From assembly GCF_027011145.1 (NCBI RefSeq), contig NZ_JALVAO010000068.1:43797-107796 (forward strand): a stretch of 64,000 nucleotides of DNA. The letters run 5' to 3'. This stretch comes from Thermococcus sp. (lineage in GTDB: Archaea; Methanobacteriota_B; Thermococci; Thermococcales; Thermococcaceae). A model generated the notes under the pieces. It did not search any database. It saw only the letters and a program-made list of their open reading frames with translations, and had not been told where the DNA came from. This document shows positions 18,804 to 27,516 of the stretch, one piece after another. The first letter of the stretch is position 1, and the number at the start of each line of letters is the position of its first letter. The position numbers were made by a program, and so were the translations under genes.

Positions 18804-19461
18804 TGAGAGTCGCGTTAATTCCGATGCGCGTTGAAGTCGGAAACTTCGAGACAAACTGGAGGGAGTTTGAGAAACGCTTTAAGGAGGCTTTAGCCTATAG
18901 CCGGACTTCCTCGTCTTCTCAGAGTACTGTCTCACCGGCTTCGAGGAGTGGGATTTCTCCGGGGCGGGGCTTTACGATGAGATAGTGAAGCGAGTGAGCA
19001 AACTCGCCAAGGAAAGCAGCGTTTACGTCGTCTTCGGCCTTCTGGAACCATATAAAAACTGAGTTTACAACTCCGCGCTTTTAATAGGCAGAAAGGGGGT
19101 TCTCCTCAAGCATCGCAAGTTTCAGGAACCGTACAAGTTCTGCACAGGCAACACGGTTAGAACGGCTAAAACTGAGTTCGGGAAGGTCGCGGTAATCATC
19201 TGCGGCGGCCTCTACAACAAGAGAATAGCGAAGTGGGTAATGCGGAAAAGGCCAGACTACCTCTTCGTCCCAATGGATTACTCACTGGAATATGGAGAAC
19301 CGAACGAGAAGGATGTTAAGGCGATGGCCGGGAGGATTAGACTTCTTGGCGTTAAGACCTTTATCGTCAACAGCTCACCGTCCGGTAATGCCAGGTTTTC
19401 GAGAGGAGACACGGTGGCCTCCTCGGGAAAAGAAGAGATGCTTGTCGTTGAGATAAATTAA
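18803..19461 (+). pseudogene. Carbon-nitrogen hydrolase (nitrilase superfamily), frameshift plus in-frame stop
   Basis: MRVALIPMRVEVGNFETNWREFEKRFKEALAY shifts frame at about 18899 to PDFLVFSEYCLTGFEEW...LEPYKN. An in-frame TGA follows at 19060-19062, then VYNSALLIGRKGVLLKHRKFQ...VAVIICGG... The Glu, Lys and Cys triad contexts are all visible. Confidence 0.65.
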
Positions 19462-19473
19462 AAATAAAAAACC

Positions 19474-20682
19474 TCAGGCATCGACGTAGGTGCTCTCAGC
19501 CCACTCGTAGGCGTCGAGGCCACTCTTTTCGGCCTCCTCCGGGACGCGAACGGGGGTTATCCTGTCGGTAATCCAAATCAGTATGTAAGTTATAACGAAT
19601 GCGTAGACCGCACAGCCAACCGCCGCGACGACCTGCTTGATGAAGAACGTTGCGTTGCCGTGTATGAGCCCGTTGCTTCCGAATATCGCGGCGTTCCCGA
19701 AGATACCGAGGAGGATTATGCCCGAGAAACCGCCGATACCGTGAACGCCCCACACATCGAGGGCATCGTCCCAGCCCCTTCTGTTTTTAAAGTCCACCGC
19801 GAGGTGGCAGATTATCGCCGAGACCACTCCTACAATCATCGCCGCCTGTGGGCTTATGAATCCTGCTGTAGGCGTAACCGTTGCAAGGCCAGCTATTGAG
19901 CCCGTCATAAAGCCGATGGCGCTCCATTTTCTGTTCTTCCAGTAATCGATGAACATCCATGTAACGGCGGCAAATGCCGCGGCCTCCATGGTGTTCACAA
20001 AGGCAACGTTGGTGTCAACGTCCACCCTCAATGCCGAACCTGCGTTGAAGCCAAACCACCCGAACCACAGCAGTGCCGTTCCAATGAGAATCAGTGGCAG
20101 GCTGTGGTTGCCCTCCTTGACGTACTTCCTTGCTCCCAGGTAGGCAACGACGGCCAGGGCACCGAAGCCGGCACTCGTGTGGACAACTATTCCGCCGGCA
20201 AAGTCCTCAACGCCCCACTTCTGGAGAAAGCCTCCTCCCCAGAGCCAGTGGGCAAAGGGGAAGTAAACGAAGAACAGCCACAGGGTTGTGAACAGAATGA
20301 ATGCTTTAAAACGCATTCTGTCGGCGAATGCTCCGGTCATGAGAACGGGCGTTATTATGGCGAACATTAGCTGGTAAACCATGAAGGTGTACAGGCTTAT
20401 TACGTGGTTTCCGGGGTAGAGGGTTTTGGGTGTTATGTTGTTCAGGAAAAAGTAGTGGGCGTTGCCTATGATTCCCTTAACGTCTGGTCCGAATGCAAGG
20501 CTGAATCCGAAGAGCACCCATATGATGGTTGTCCATCCCGCTGAAAAGAAGTTTTGCATCATCATTGTCACGGCGTTCTTCCTGTTGACCATTCCCCCGT
20601 AGAACAAAGCCAAACCGGGGGTCATTATAAACACCAGTGCGGCCGCTATCAGCATAAAACCGTCGCTACCCGGGCTAAACAT
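19474..20682 (-). CDS. amt: Ammonium transporter
   Basis: ORF 19474..20763. Start moved to ATG 20682 (MFSPGSDGFMLIAAALVFIMTPGLALFYGG), preceded by GGGAGG. Amt/MEP signature regions run throughout. Confidence 0.9.
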   Translation of the reverse strand: MFSPGSDGFMLIAAALVFIMTPGLALFYGGMVNRKNAVTMMMQNFFSAGWTTIIWVLFGFSLAFGPDVKGIIGNAHYFFLNNITPKTLYPGNHVISLYTFMVYQLMFAIITPVLMTGAFADRMRFKAFILFTTLWLFFVYFPFAHWLWGGGFLQKWGVEDFAGGIVVHTSAGFGALAVVAYLGARKYVKEGNHSLPLILIGTALLWFGWFGFNAGSALRVDVDTNVAFVNTMEAAAFAAVTWMFIDYWKNRKWSAIGFMTGSIAGLATVTPTAGFISPQAAMIVGVVSAIICHLAVDFKNRRGWDDALDVWGVHGIGGFSGIILLGIFGNAAIFGSNGLIHGNATFFIKQVVAAVGCAVYAFVITYILIWITDRITPVRVPEEAEKSGLDAYEWAESTYVDA

Positions 20683-20982
20683 TGTTGATGCCTCCCTTCG
20701 GTTGTTTCCGAATTTTCTGTCGAAAATTCTTCGAAACTTTATGTTATACAACTTTTGGTTCAACTGCCTATATATGGCAAATTTTTTGGACTTTATGTCA
20801 CAATATCCTACGAAAATTTTTCAATATGTCATGATGGGTCTTTTATCCTCCTGTTCCGGATATTGTGTAACATTATTAGAGAAATCTATGAAGGGCCCTT
20901 CATGGGTTTCTGTAATTTGAAAATATCACACATCATCTCAAAGAATTGAGAATCTAAAACAGAAAAGGTGAAAAACGTAGGG

Positions 20983-21759
20983 TCACCTTCCGTTCCCGTG
21001 TCCCTGACCGTTACCGCCGGTTTCCATGGGCGAGTTTATTATTGCCTCATATTCTTCCATGCTGAGGAGCTGTGGCTCGTACGTCACCCCGTAGTTTGAC
21101 AGGGTCTTTACAAAGGCCCTGAGGTGGTTCCTGCTACCCATCATCAGGTTCTCGTAAACAGCGATGATGTCGAGCTTATCCGTCTGGTCTATCCTTTCCT
21201 GCAGGTCTATGATGTCGGTCTCTTCGATGAGCGCTCCCACCTTGAGGGCATCGATAACGCTCTTGCTCCCCTGCTCAACCAGCTGGTTGTAAAGGGCCTG
21301 AATGTCCGGATTAGTGAAGACACCAACTGGCTCGTCTTTCGTCGGGTCCGTGATGTTGTACTTCTCAAGGAGAAGCCTGACGGCATTGACGTGGGTTGTC
21401 TCACTGTCCGCTATGTTCTTGAATATCTGAAGTCCCCATTTTTCATAGAGCTTGATGTAGACGTCATGTGCGAGCTTTTCCTCCTCGACCATGTAGAGGA
21501 GGCCGTCTATTTCCTCCTGCGTTAACTGGCCAGCTGGAATTGAATCGATGTAACTCTTGAGGTCCGCCGTGTTTATTGTCCCGTTCTGGTTGACCGCCAG
21601 GGGCATCTGGTCGGCGTTGCTCTTTCCCTGTGTTGCTCCCGCTCCCTGGGCGCCCGTCGTTGTTCCTGTATTCGTTGTGGTGGTCGTGCCTATACACCCC
21701 GCGCCGAGGACGCTCAAAAAGAGAGCCCCGATAAGGAGCAGGCTCAAGATTCTCTTCAT
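20983..21759 (-). CDS. Secreted ferritin-like protein (DUF2202-like), probable lipoprotein
   Basis: Signal peptide ending LGAGC, a Thr/Gly-rich linker, then LTQEEIDGLLYMVEEEKLAHDVYIKLYEKWGLQIFKNIADSETTHVNAV, as in DUF2202 ferritin-like proteins (family recalled from memory). Confidence 0.6.
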   Translation of the reverse strand: MKRILSLLLIGALFLSVLGAGCIGTTTTTNTGTTTGAQGAGATQGKSNADQMPLAVNQNGTINTADLKSYIDSIPAGQLTQEEIDGLLYMVEEEKLAHDVYIKLYEKWGLQIFKNIADSETTHVNAVRLLLEKYNITDPTKDEPVGVFTNPDIQALYNQLVEQGSKSVIDALKVGALIEETDIIDLQERIDQTDKLDIIAVYENLMMGSRNHLRAFVKTLSNYGVTYEPQLLSMEEYEAIINSPMETGGNGQGHGNGR

Positions 21760-21775
21760 GTTCGTTCACCTCTCC

Positions 21776-21799
21776 ATATGTAATCTTATTATTACATAT
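21776..21799. promoter_or_regulatory. Perfect 9-bp inverted repeat ATATGTAAT-N6-ATTACATAT just upstream of the DUF2202-like gene RBS
   Basis: Read directly from the sequence. It lies 17-40 nt upstream of the ATG at 21759 and is a candidate operator. Confidence 0.35.
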
Positions 21800-21935
21800 T
21801 CAGCTTTGTTTAAAAACCTTTTGGTTTTTCTATTTTGCCTATAATATTTTAGTTTTCGAACTTTTAATCCTTGCCGGTTTTTATTATTATACTAAGTTAG
21901 ACCGTCATTGGAGAAAAATCAACCATGGAATGACT

Positions 21936-22685
21936 TCACACATAAAACACCATGCCATCGTAGGCAACCAGAACCCTGTTTTCCCACCTCTTTCTCACGT
22001 ACTCGACTAGCTCGAGGAACGGCAGGTTTTTGTGGGAGATGTGACTTAAAACTGTCCTCTCGGCCAGGGAAAGTCCCATCTCGGCGGCTTCATCAACGTT
22101 GTTGTGGTATGGGTCGCTGAAACCCGGGGGGTAAGTTGCGTCCACTATCGCGAGCCTCAGCGGTGTCCTCTCTTCCAGAAACTCCCGCGTTTCTCCTGGA
22201 AGGCCCTTTGTGTCGTAGAGCAACGCGACGCTTTTACCGTCCTCCTCGATGAGGTAGCCGAGGGTCTCAACCCCGTGGTTGAGCCTTAACGCTGTAATCC
22301 TGAGGGTATCGAGTTCAACGCTTTCAAAGGGCTTCAGGATTTTTGGCCTCAGGTTCTTGGGGTCGTTGAGGATTAGCGCGTCGGCCTGTCCCTCCGGCGC
22401 GTAGAGCTCGGTTTCCCTCGCCATCCAGCGGAGCTTGTAGAGGCCGTAGATGTGGTCGTGGTGCCAGTGCGTCAGGAAAATCGCCTCCAGCGGGACGTTG
22501 AGGAGGTCCCTTATGTCGGTTCCAACGTCAAAGAGGACCGCTTTCTTGTTTTTGGTAATTATTGCTAGAGTTGAGGGTTTCCTTTGGGCAAAGCCGAACC
22601 TTCTGGCCTCGTTGCAGGTCGGACAGGTGCAGAGGTGAGCCGGAATCCCCTCGCTTCCGCCGGTGCCGATGAAGTAGACGAGCAT
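21936..22685 (-). CDS. MBL-fold metallo-hydrolase
   Basis: ORF 21936..22817 trimmed to MLVYFIGTGGSEGIP. Contains HxHxDH (THWHHDH) and an N-terminal CTCPTC motif. Confidence 0.75.
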   Translation of the reverse strand: MLVYFIGTGGSEGIPAHLCTCPTCNEARRFGFAQRKPSTLAIITKNKKAVLFDVGTDIRDLLNVPLEAIFLTHWHHDHIYGLYKLRWMARETELYAPEGQADALILNDPKNLRPKILKPFESVELDTLRITALRLNHGVETLGYLIEEDGKSVALLYDTKGLPGETREFLEERTPLRLAIVDATYPPGFSDPYHNNVDEAAEMGLSLAERTVLSHISHKNLPFLELVEYVRKRWENRVLVAYDGMVFYV

Positions 22686-22754
22686 CTCAACCACCTGTTT
22701 TATGGCCATGAAATAGTGGCTGTCTTTATAAGGGTTCTCCCCGAAATCTGGTCG

Positions 22755-23219
22755 ATGAAGTTCATAGCAGACATGATGCTTGGAAGGCTGGCGAGATGGC
22801 TCAGGCTTTACGGCCACGATACCCTCTACGGAATCAAAGACGACGATGAGATAATCCGCGTTGCCCTGCGGGAGGGAAGGATAATCCTGACAAAAGACGT
22901 GGCCCTCGCCCGGAGAGCCGAGAGACTCGGTGCCAGGGTTTTTCTCCTTCGCTCAAATTCCCTCGAAGGGCAGGTTAGAGAGCTCAAGGAGCTTGGAGTT
23001 GAGTTTGGGGAGCTCTTTCCTTCTAAAGCTCGCTGTCCCAAGTGCAACGGCCCGATAAAGCCCGTCTCCAAAAGTGATGTTAAAGAACGAGTCCCTCACA
23101 AGGTTTACGAGAGCTATGACGAGTTCTACGTCTGTCAGAAATGCGGTCAAATCTACTGGCCGGGAAAACAGTGGAGGGAGATGCTGAAAATTGATAAAAA
23201 GCTGAGGGGAGAAGCATGA
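22755..23219 (+). CDS. Mut7-C RNase domain protein (DUF82) with C-terminal zinc ribbon
   Basis: ORF trimmed to MKFIADMMLGRLARWLRLYGHDT. Contains CPKCNG...CQKCGQIYWPG. CTTTATAAGG lies about 25 nt upstream. Confidence 0.65.
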   Translation: MKFIADMMLGRLARWLRLYGHDTLYGIKDDDEIIRVALREGRIILTKDVALARRAERLGARVFLLRSNSLEGQVRELKELGVEFGELFPSKARCPKCNGPIKPVSKSDVKERVPHKVYESYDEFYVCQKCGQIYWPGKQWREMLKIDKKLRGEA

Positions 23220-23923
23220 AATGGGAACGTTGGAGGCCTTTCTACCTCCGAATCGTTAGGGAAATGGGGTATTCAATTGAGGAGGACAGAAAATCGGCGG
23301 AGCTTTTGCGGGCCCTTTTAATCGAGAGCGATGAATACATCCTCCGCGAGGAGCTTGAGGCAGTACTAGAAAGGAAAGCCTACGTCTTCGGCGCCGGTCC
23401 GAGCCTCGAAAAGGCCCTAAAGGAGTTCGACTTTTCAGATGGGACGCTGATTTCTGCCGATGGGGCAACTTCAGCCTTGCTAGATGCCGGCCTTTTCCCC
23501 GATGTAATAGTCACTGACCTCGACGGCAGGATTCCCGACATCAAGATAGCGAACGACAGGGGCTCCTTTCTCGTTGTCCATGCCCACGGTGACAATATGG
23601 ACAAGCTGACGGCCTACCTTCCGCTCTTTTCAAGGATTCTGGGGACCTGCCAGACCGAGCCCCTCGACATAGTTTATAACTTCGGTGGCTTCACCGACGG
23701 CGACAGGGCCGTTTTTCTTGCCGAGGAACTTGGAGCCAGGGAAATAATCTTAGTGGGCTTTGACTTCGGCGATGTCGTGGGGAAGTGGAGCAAGCCTTAT
23801 CTAAGGAATCACTCGCCTGTCTGGGAGAGCAAACGGAAGAAGTTCGAGTTCGCTAGGATGCTCCTTGAATGGCTGGAAAAAAACGGAAAGGCAAAAATTA
23901 AATACCTCACTCCAAATCCCTGA
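23216..23923 (+). CDS. mptE: 6-hydroxymethylpterin diphosphokinase MptE-like (DUF115)
   Basis: GAGPSL, VTDLDG and HAHGDN motifs. 4-nt overlap with the upstream gene. Confidence 0.65.
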   Translation: MKWERWRPFYLRIVREMGYSIEEDRKSAELLRALLIESDEYILREELEAVLERKAYVFGAGPSLEKALKEFDFSDGTLISADGATSALLDAGLFPDVIVTDLDGRIPDIKIANDRGSFLVVHAHGDNMDKLTAYLPLFSRILGTCQTEPLDIVYNFGGFTDGDRAVFLAEELGAREIILVGFDFGDVVGKWSKPYLRNHSPVWESKRKKFEFARMLLEWLEKNGKAKIKYLTPNP

Positions 23924-24734
23924 GTTTCTTTACCTTTCCGCCCTTTATCTCGACGAAGCCGAGCCTCTTGAGGAGCTTGAGCGTCTCCTCGAAGGAGTCC
24001 CGGGAGTAGTTTATCACAAGGGTTCCCTTCGGCGTTGGCACCGCTATCGGTGAGGCCCTCAGGAAGCCCCTGACAAGCTCTTCCTCGGGGATTTTCTTGT
24101 CACTCAAGGCCTTGAGAATTTCCTCCGCCAATATCGCCCTGCCTATGAGCGCGAAATAAACCTTCAGCAGGTAGTCTTCGGGGAAGTACTTGCTCGCTAT
24201 CTTTCCGAGGGCGTTTATCTTCGCTATTCTCAGCTCAAGTATTTCAAACTCGTGCTCTATGACCAAGTCCACGAAGGCGAACTGTTTAACATGCTTCTCA
24301 ACTGCTTCCGGACTGTGGACGAGGTTAAACGGGAACTTAAACTCGAATTTAAGTTCTTCAACGTTGACGCCTTCCTTGAGCCTGACGTTGGTCCCGTCGT
24401 ATTCTATCGCCCCGTTGCGGTAGAGCTGGTCGAGAAGCTCGGCCACCCATAGGCCCTCCTTGAGTAACTCGTCCGCCTTCTCCCCCGCCTTAAGGTGCTC
24501 CAGGATGTGGTTAAGGCTCTCCTTAAACGACAGGAAGCCTTCCTTGATTGCCTCGATGTCAGCTCCCTCGAGGTTCTCAATCTTTTCCTCTATTTCTCTG
24601 AGGGTTCCCTCGATTAGATAGCCGACAAAGGCTTCATAACCCTCTCTGGAGTGCACCTCGAACTTTATCCCTTCCTTTCGGAGTTCCTCTATGAGTGCCC
24701 TCTTAACGGCCTCGTTCTTTGTTACAAGCCTCAT
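23907..24734 (-). CDS. Hypothetical protein
   Basis: ORF 23907..24866 trimmed to MRLVTKNEAVKRAL. Glu/Lys-rich and helical, with codon usage like its neighbours. Confidence 0.5.
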   Translation of the reverse strand: MRLVTKNEAVKRALIEELRKEGIKFEVHSREGYEAFVGYLIEGTLREIEEKIENLEGADIEAIKEGFLSFKESLNHILEHLKAGEKADELLKEGLWVAELLDQLYRNGAIEYDGTNVRLKEGVNVEELKFEFKFPFNLVHSPEAVEKHVKQFAFVDLVIEHEFEILELRIAKINALGKIASKYFPEDYLLKVYFALIGRAILAEEILKALSDKKIPEEELVRGFLRASPIAVPTPKGTLVINYSRDSFEETLKLLKRLGFVEIKGGKVKKLRDLE

Positions 24735-24817
24735 GGAACCACCCAATTGGTGAACGTTGGCACTCTTATAGACTTTCCGCCGTGGGCGGGAAAATATTAA
24801 AAGTTCCAAACATAGCA

Positions 24818-25048
24818 ATGCCGGGGATGAGCATGAGCGAAAAGCAGTACCTCCTCGATAAAACACTGGAACGCTGGAAGGGGAAGAGGGTTGCAGTCGG
24901 TGTCGGCAGTGAGACGAGTTTTTCCGGGATTCTGGTTGACTTTGATGAAGAGGTAATCCTTCTGAAGGACGTCACTGACTACGCTGGGAACAGGGCAAAG
25001 GAGCTGATAGTCAAGATAGACGACCTCAACTGGATAACCCTGCTCTGA
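24818..25048 (+). CDS. Small Sm-like (LSm-fold) protein, tentative
   Basis: ORF trimmed to MPGMSMSEKQ. WKGKRVAVGVGSETSFSGILVDFDEEVILLKDV resembles an Sm1 motif. Confidence 0.4.
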   Translation: MPGMSMSEKQYLLDKTLERWKGKRVAVGVGSETSFSGILVDFDEEVILLKDVTDYAGNRAKELIVKIDDLNWITLL

Positions 25049-25057
25049 GGTGAGATT

Positions 25058-25792
25058 ATGAGGGCGATGGCGTTTGTCGGCTTCAAGAAGAGCGGAAAAA
25101 CCACGACGGTTGAAGCGGTCGCGAGGGTTCTAAAGGAGCGTGGTTACCGCGTTGCAATAGCCAAGAGCATGCACTCTAATTTTGACAGGGAAGGGAGCGA
25201 CACGTGGAGGTTCTCACAGGTGGCCGATGCTGTTCTGGTTAGGGCGCACGACACCGATGCTGTTCTCTTTAAGGCCAAGGACATCAACGCGCTCTTTTCA
25301 ATGGTCTCGGCAGATTTCCTTCTCCTTGAGGGCTTTAAGTCAGTCCAGCACGTGCCAAAGGTGATATGCGCGAGGAATGAGGAAGATGTGGGAGAGCTCA
25401 ACGACGGACTGGCCGTGGCGGTGAGTGGAATTATAGCCTCCACCGGCGTTGAGGAGATAGAGGGCCTCCCAGTGATAGATGCAACCAAAGAGCCTGAGAA
25501 GTTAGCTGACCTCGTTGAGAAGCGCGCTTTCATGCTCCCTAACATAGACTGTGGCCTCTGCGGTTTTAGCTGTGCTGAGATGGCTAGAATGATAGTAAAG
25601 GGTGAAAAAACGCTCAAGGACTGTGTTGTGCTCAGCTCGAAGCCGAAGGTGACGATTAAGATAGACGGGCAGGTTCTACCAATGAAGGACTGGGTTCAGG
25701 AGCTCGTTGAGAAAACGATAAAAGGTATGCTTTCAGCCATGAAGGGCTACCGCGAGGGGAGGAGAATAGAGATAGTGATTAGGGACGAGTGA
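25058..25792 (+). CDS. mobB: Molybdopterin-guanine dinucleotide biosynthesis adapter MobB with C-terminal Cys-rich (Fe-S type) domain
   Basis: P-loop GFKKSGKTT, a MobB-like N-terminal half, and NIDCGLCGFSCAEMA in the C-terminal half. Confidence 0.75.
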   Translation: MRAMAFVGFKKSGKTTTVEAVARVLKERGYRVAIAKSMHSNFDREGSDTWRFSQVADAVLVRAHDTDAVLFKAKDINALFSMVSADFLLLEGFKSVQHVPKVICARNEEDVGELNDGLAVAVSGIIASTGVEEIEGLPVIDATKEPEKLADLVEKRAFMLPNIDCGLCGFSCAEMARMIVKGEKTLKDCVVLSSKPKVTIKIDGQVLPMKDWVQELVEKTIKGMLSAMKGYREGRRIEIVIRDE

Positions 25793-25798
25793 TGGATT

Positions 25799-26197
25799 CT
25801 ACATTTCACAAACTCTTACTTCTTTGACTTCCATGTTATCAAGAATCCACGCCTTTGCTTCCCCTCTGGGCGTAACGATGAGCCAGGGAACTTTCCAGTT
25901 TTTCATTCCCTCCAAATCCCGTTCACTCGGCAGTGGAGGACAGTTTATGTGGGAGTGAAAAATCCCGACTATTTCAAGTCCCCTCTTTTCTGCCTCATTA
26001 ATGGTCTGAATCATCTCCAGTGGCTCCATCTCGAAAGCATCTTGGGACTCCAGTCTGTTCGTTATCTCTCTTGCCTCAAGGACGATGAAGTCGTTTTTCT
26101 CTCTTCTCCCGAGCAGGAAGCCACAAACTTCAATCCCCGAGTTTTTGGCCATCACAATGAGCATTCTGATAATTTCATGTCCGATAATGAGTCTCAT
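25799..26197 (-). CDS. JAMM/MPN+ metalloprotease (desampylase-like)
   Basis: EVCGFLLG followed by HSHINCPPLPSERD, which is the H-x-H-x7-S-xx-D JAMM motif. 132 aa. Confidence 0.8.
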   Translation of the reverse strand: MRLIIGHEIIRMLIVMAKNSGIEVCGFLLGRREKNDFIVLEAREITNRLESQDAFEMEPLEMIQTINEAEKRGLEIVGIFHSHINCPPLPSERDLEGMKNWKVPWLIVTPRGEAKAWILDNMEVKEVRVCEM

Positions 26198-26260
26198 GTG
26201 ACAAATTTGATCCCAATAAACTTATAAAGTTTGACAGTCTGACAACCTGATGGTGATAAC

Positions 26261-26410
26261 ATGAGGTGGGCACTCACCCTCCACGGAGGAGAGGAGAGTG
26301 GGAAGACCATAGTGTTTGAGGCCGAAACGGCCGACGAGGCTAGACGTATTGCCGTTGAGGAGCTCAGGCGGAAGGACGCTATGGTTTACGAACTTGAGAA
26401 GCTTGAGTGA
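26261..26410 (+). CDS. Small 49-aa protein (paralog 1)
   Basis: Below the ORF-track cut-off. GGTGATAAC precedes the ATG. Sequence: MRWALTLHGGEESGKTIVFEAETADEARRIAVEELRRKDAMVYELEKLE. It aligns without gaps to the 49-aa product of 26580..26729. Confidence 0.4.
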   Translation: MRWALTLHGGEESGKTIVFEAETADEARRIAVEELRRKDAMVYELEKLE

Positions 26411-26579
26411 ATCCTTTTATCTCTCTCAAATGAGTGCTTTTCTTCTTGTTCAATCTATCTGTTCATTGATGTATACTTTTGTTCGATCGATTCTGGTCTT
26501 TAATGAATTACAATGTTCAATAATGTTTTTAAAACCCCTATCATGTTCTTCACCAATGGTGATATATGGAGGTGGAAAA

Positions 26580-26729
26580 ATGCTTGTGAGAATTGTCTAT
26601 TATATGAACAACACCCTGCCAAAGGAGAAGATAGTCGTGACCAACGACATAAAGAAAGCCGAAAGGATAGCAAGGGAAGAAATGGAAAGACTCCGTGCGA
26701 GGGACTACGAGCTTGAATGGGTGGCTTAG
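26580..26729 (+). CDS. Small 49-aa protein (paralog 2)
   Basis: GGAGGTGGAAAA precedes the ATG. Sequence: MLVRIVYYMNNTLPKEKIVVTNDIKKAERIAREEMERLRARDYELEWVA. The rest of ORF 26316..26729 is AT-rich, non-coding-looking sequence. Confidence 0.45.
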   Translation: MLVRIVYYMNNTLPKEKIVVTNDIKKAERIAREEMERLRARDYELEWVA

Positions 26730-26971
26730 CTCTCCCCCTCAATCTCTATGACCTTCACGTTTACAGGCAGTTCCTTGAGCTCGTTAACAACTCTCTCTGC
26801 GGCCCTGTTTGAGCGGGCGAGCATAACGAAGGCGACGTCGCCCTTGTACCTCGCCTCGGTAAAGCTTATTATATCACCCCTTGCTATTCCGTAGCCTATG
26901 GTCTTTCTGACCTCGTCTTCATACTTCGTCACGAACTTCGCGGGTATGCTAAGCAGGACTCCATAAATCAT
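26726..26971 (-). CDS. Hypothetical 81-aa protein
   Basis: Strong GGAGGTGAT before the ATG. 4-nt overlap with the upstream membrane-protein gene. Confidence 0.55.
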   Translation of the reverse strand: MIYGVLLSIPAKFVTKYEDEVRKTIGYGIARGDIISFTEARYKGDVAFVMLARSNRAAERVVNELKELPVNVKVIEIEGES

Positions 26972-27432
26972 GCCATCACCTCCTTCTCTTTTTCAAGACC
27001 GAGCAGGAAGAGGATTAATCCGGTCCATGTGAGGATGAAGTACAGCTTGAGGCTGAGCAGGTGGAGGGGAACCGCGACCAGCATGGCAAGTCCGCCGGTT
27101 TTTCCGTATTCTCCAAAGTTCTTTGAGACGCGGTAGACATAATAGACGGCCAGCGTCTGAAGAGCCGTGAATGTGAGGTAAACCGACCACCAGAGGACGG
27201 GTGAAACCTTGATTGGTGTTATTCCAAGGGTCTTTGCCCAGCCGGAAATCCCGAGAAGTATCTTTGCGCCGTAGAGGGGTATTGAAATTCCAATCAGGAT
27301 TGCTGACTTCTTCCATTCCTCGCGGAATTCCTCCCACTCCCTCGCTAGAAGTAGGAGGGGAATTATCGAGAGGGGATATAAATACATCATCAGAACGACC
27401 GCGAGAAAAACGAGAATTCCCTTTCTCCTCAT
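26968..27432 (-). CDS. Membrane protein (hypothetical)
   Basis: 154 aa, about 5 TM helices, GAGGTGG before the ATG, downstream of cdc48 on the same strand. Confidence 0.55.
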   Translation of the reverse strand: MRRKGILVFLAVVLMMYLYPLSIIPLLLLAREWEEFREEWKKSAILIGISIPLYGAKILLGISGWAKTLGITPIKVSPVLWWSVYLTFTALQTLAVYYVYRVSKNFGEYGKTGGLAMLVAVPLHLLSLKLYFILTWTGLILFLLGLEKEKEVMA

Positions 27433-27516
27433 CGGACCACCTCAGAGAATAGGAAAAGGATGTTAAAAACCTAAGGGCATCAGCCCCTGGCCCCGCGCGA
27501 ACTTTCGTTCGCTGGG

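Noticed and set aside
15373-19062. In-frame TGA codons (15373, 15559, 19060), and the TAG at 51428, as possible selenocysteine/pyrrolysine or other recoding sites
   Set aside because: The affected genes also carry frameshifts or deletions. I saw no hairpin resembling an archaeal SECIS in a 3'UTR. As far as I know, Thermococcales lack Sec and Pyl machinery. Ordinary nonsense mutations in decaying genes are the simpler explanation.
25058-26197. Functional link between MobB and the JAMM desampylase (SAMP/molybdopterin connection)
   Set aside because: The genes are convergent (their stops are 6 nt apart) and so do not share a promoter. No SAMP/MoaD-like gene with a GG terminus is present, and the nearby 49-aa proteins end in LE and VA. 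Adjacency alone is insufficient.
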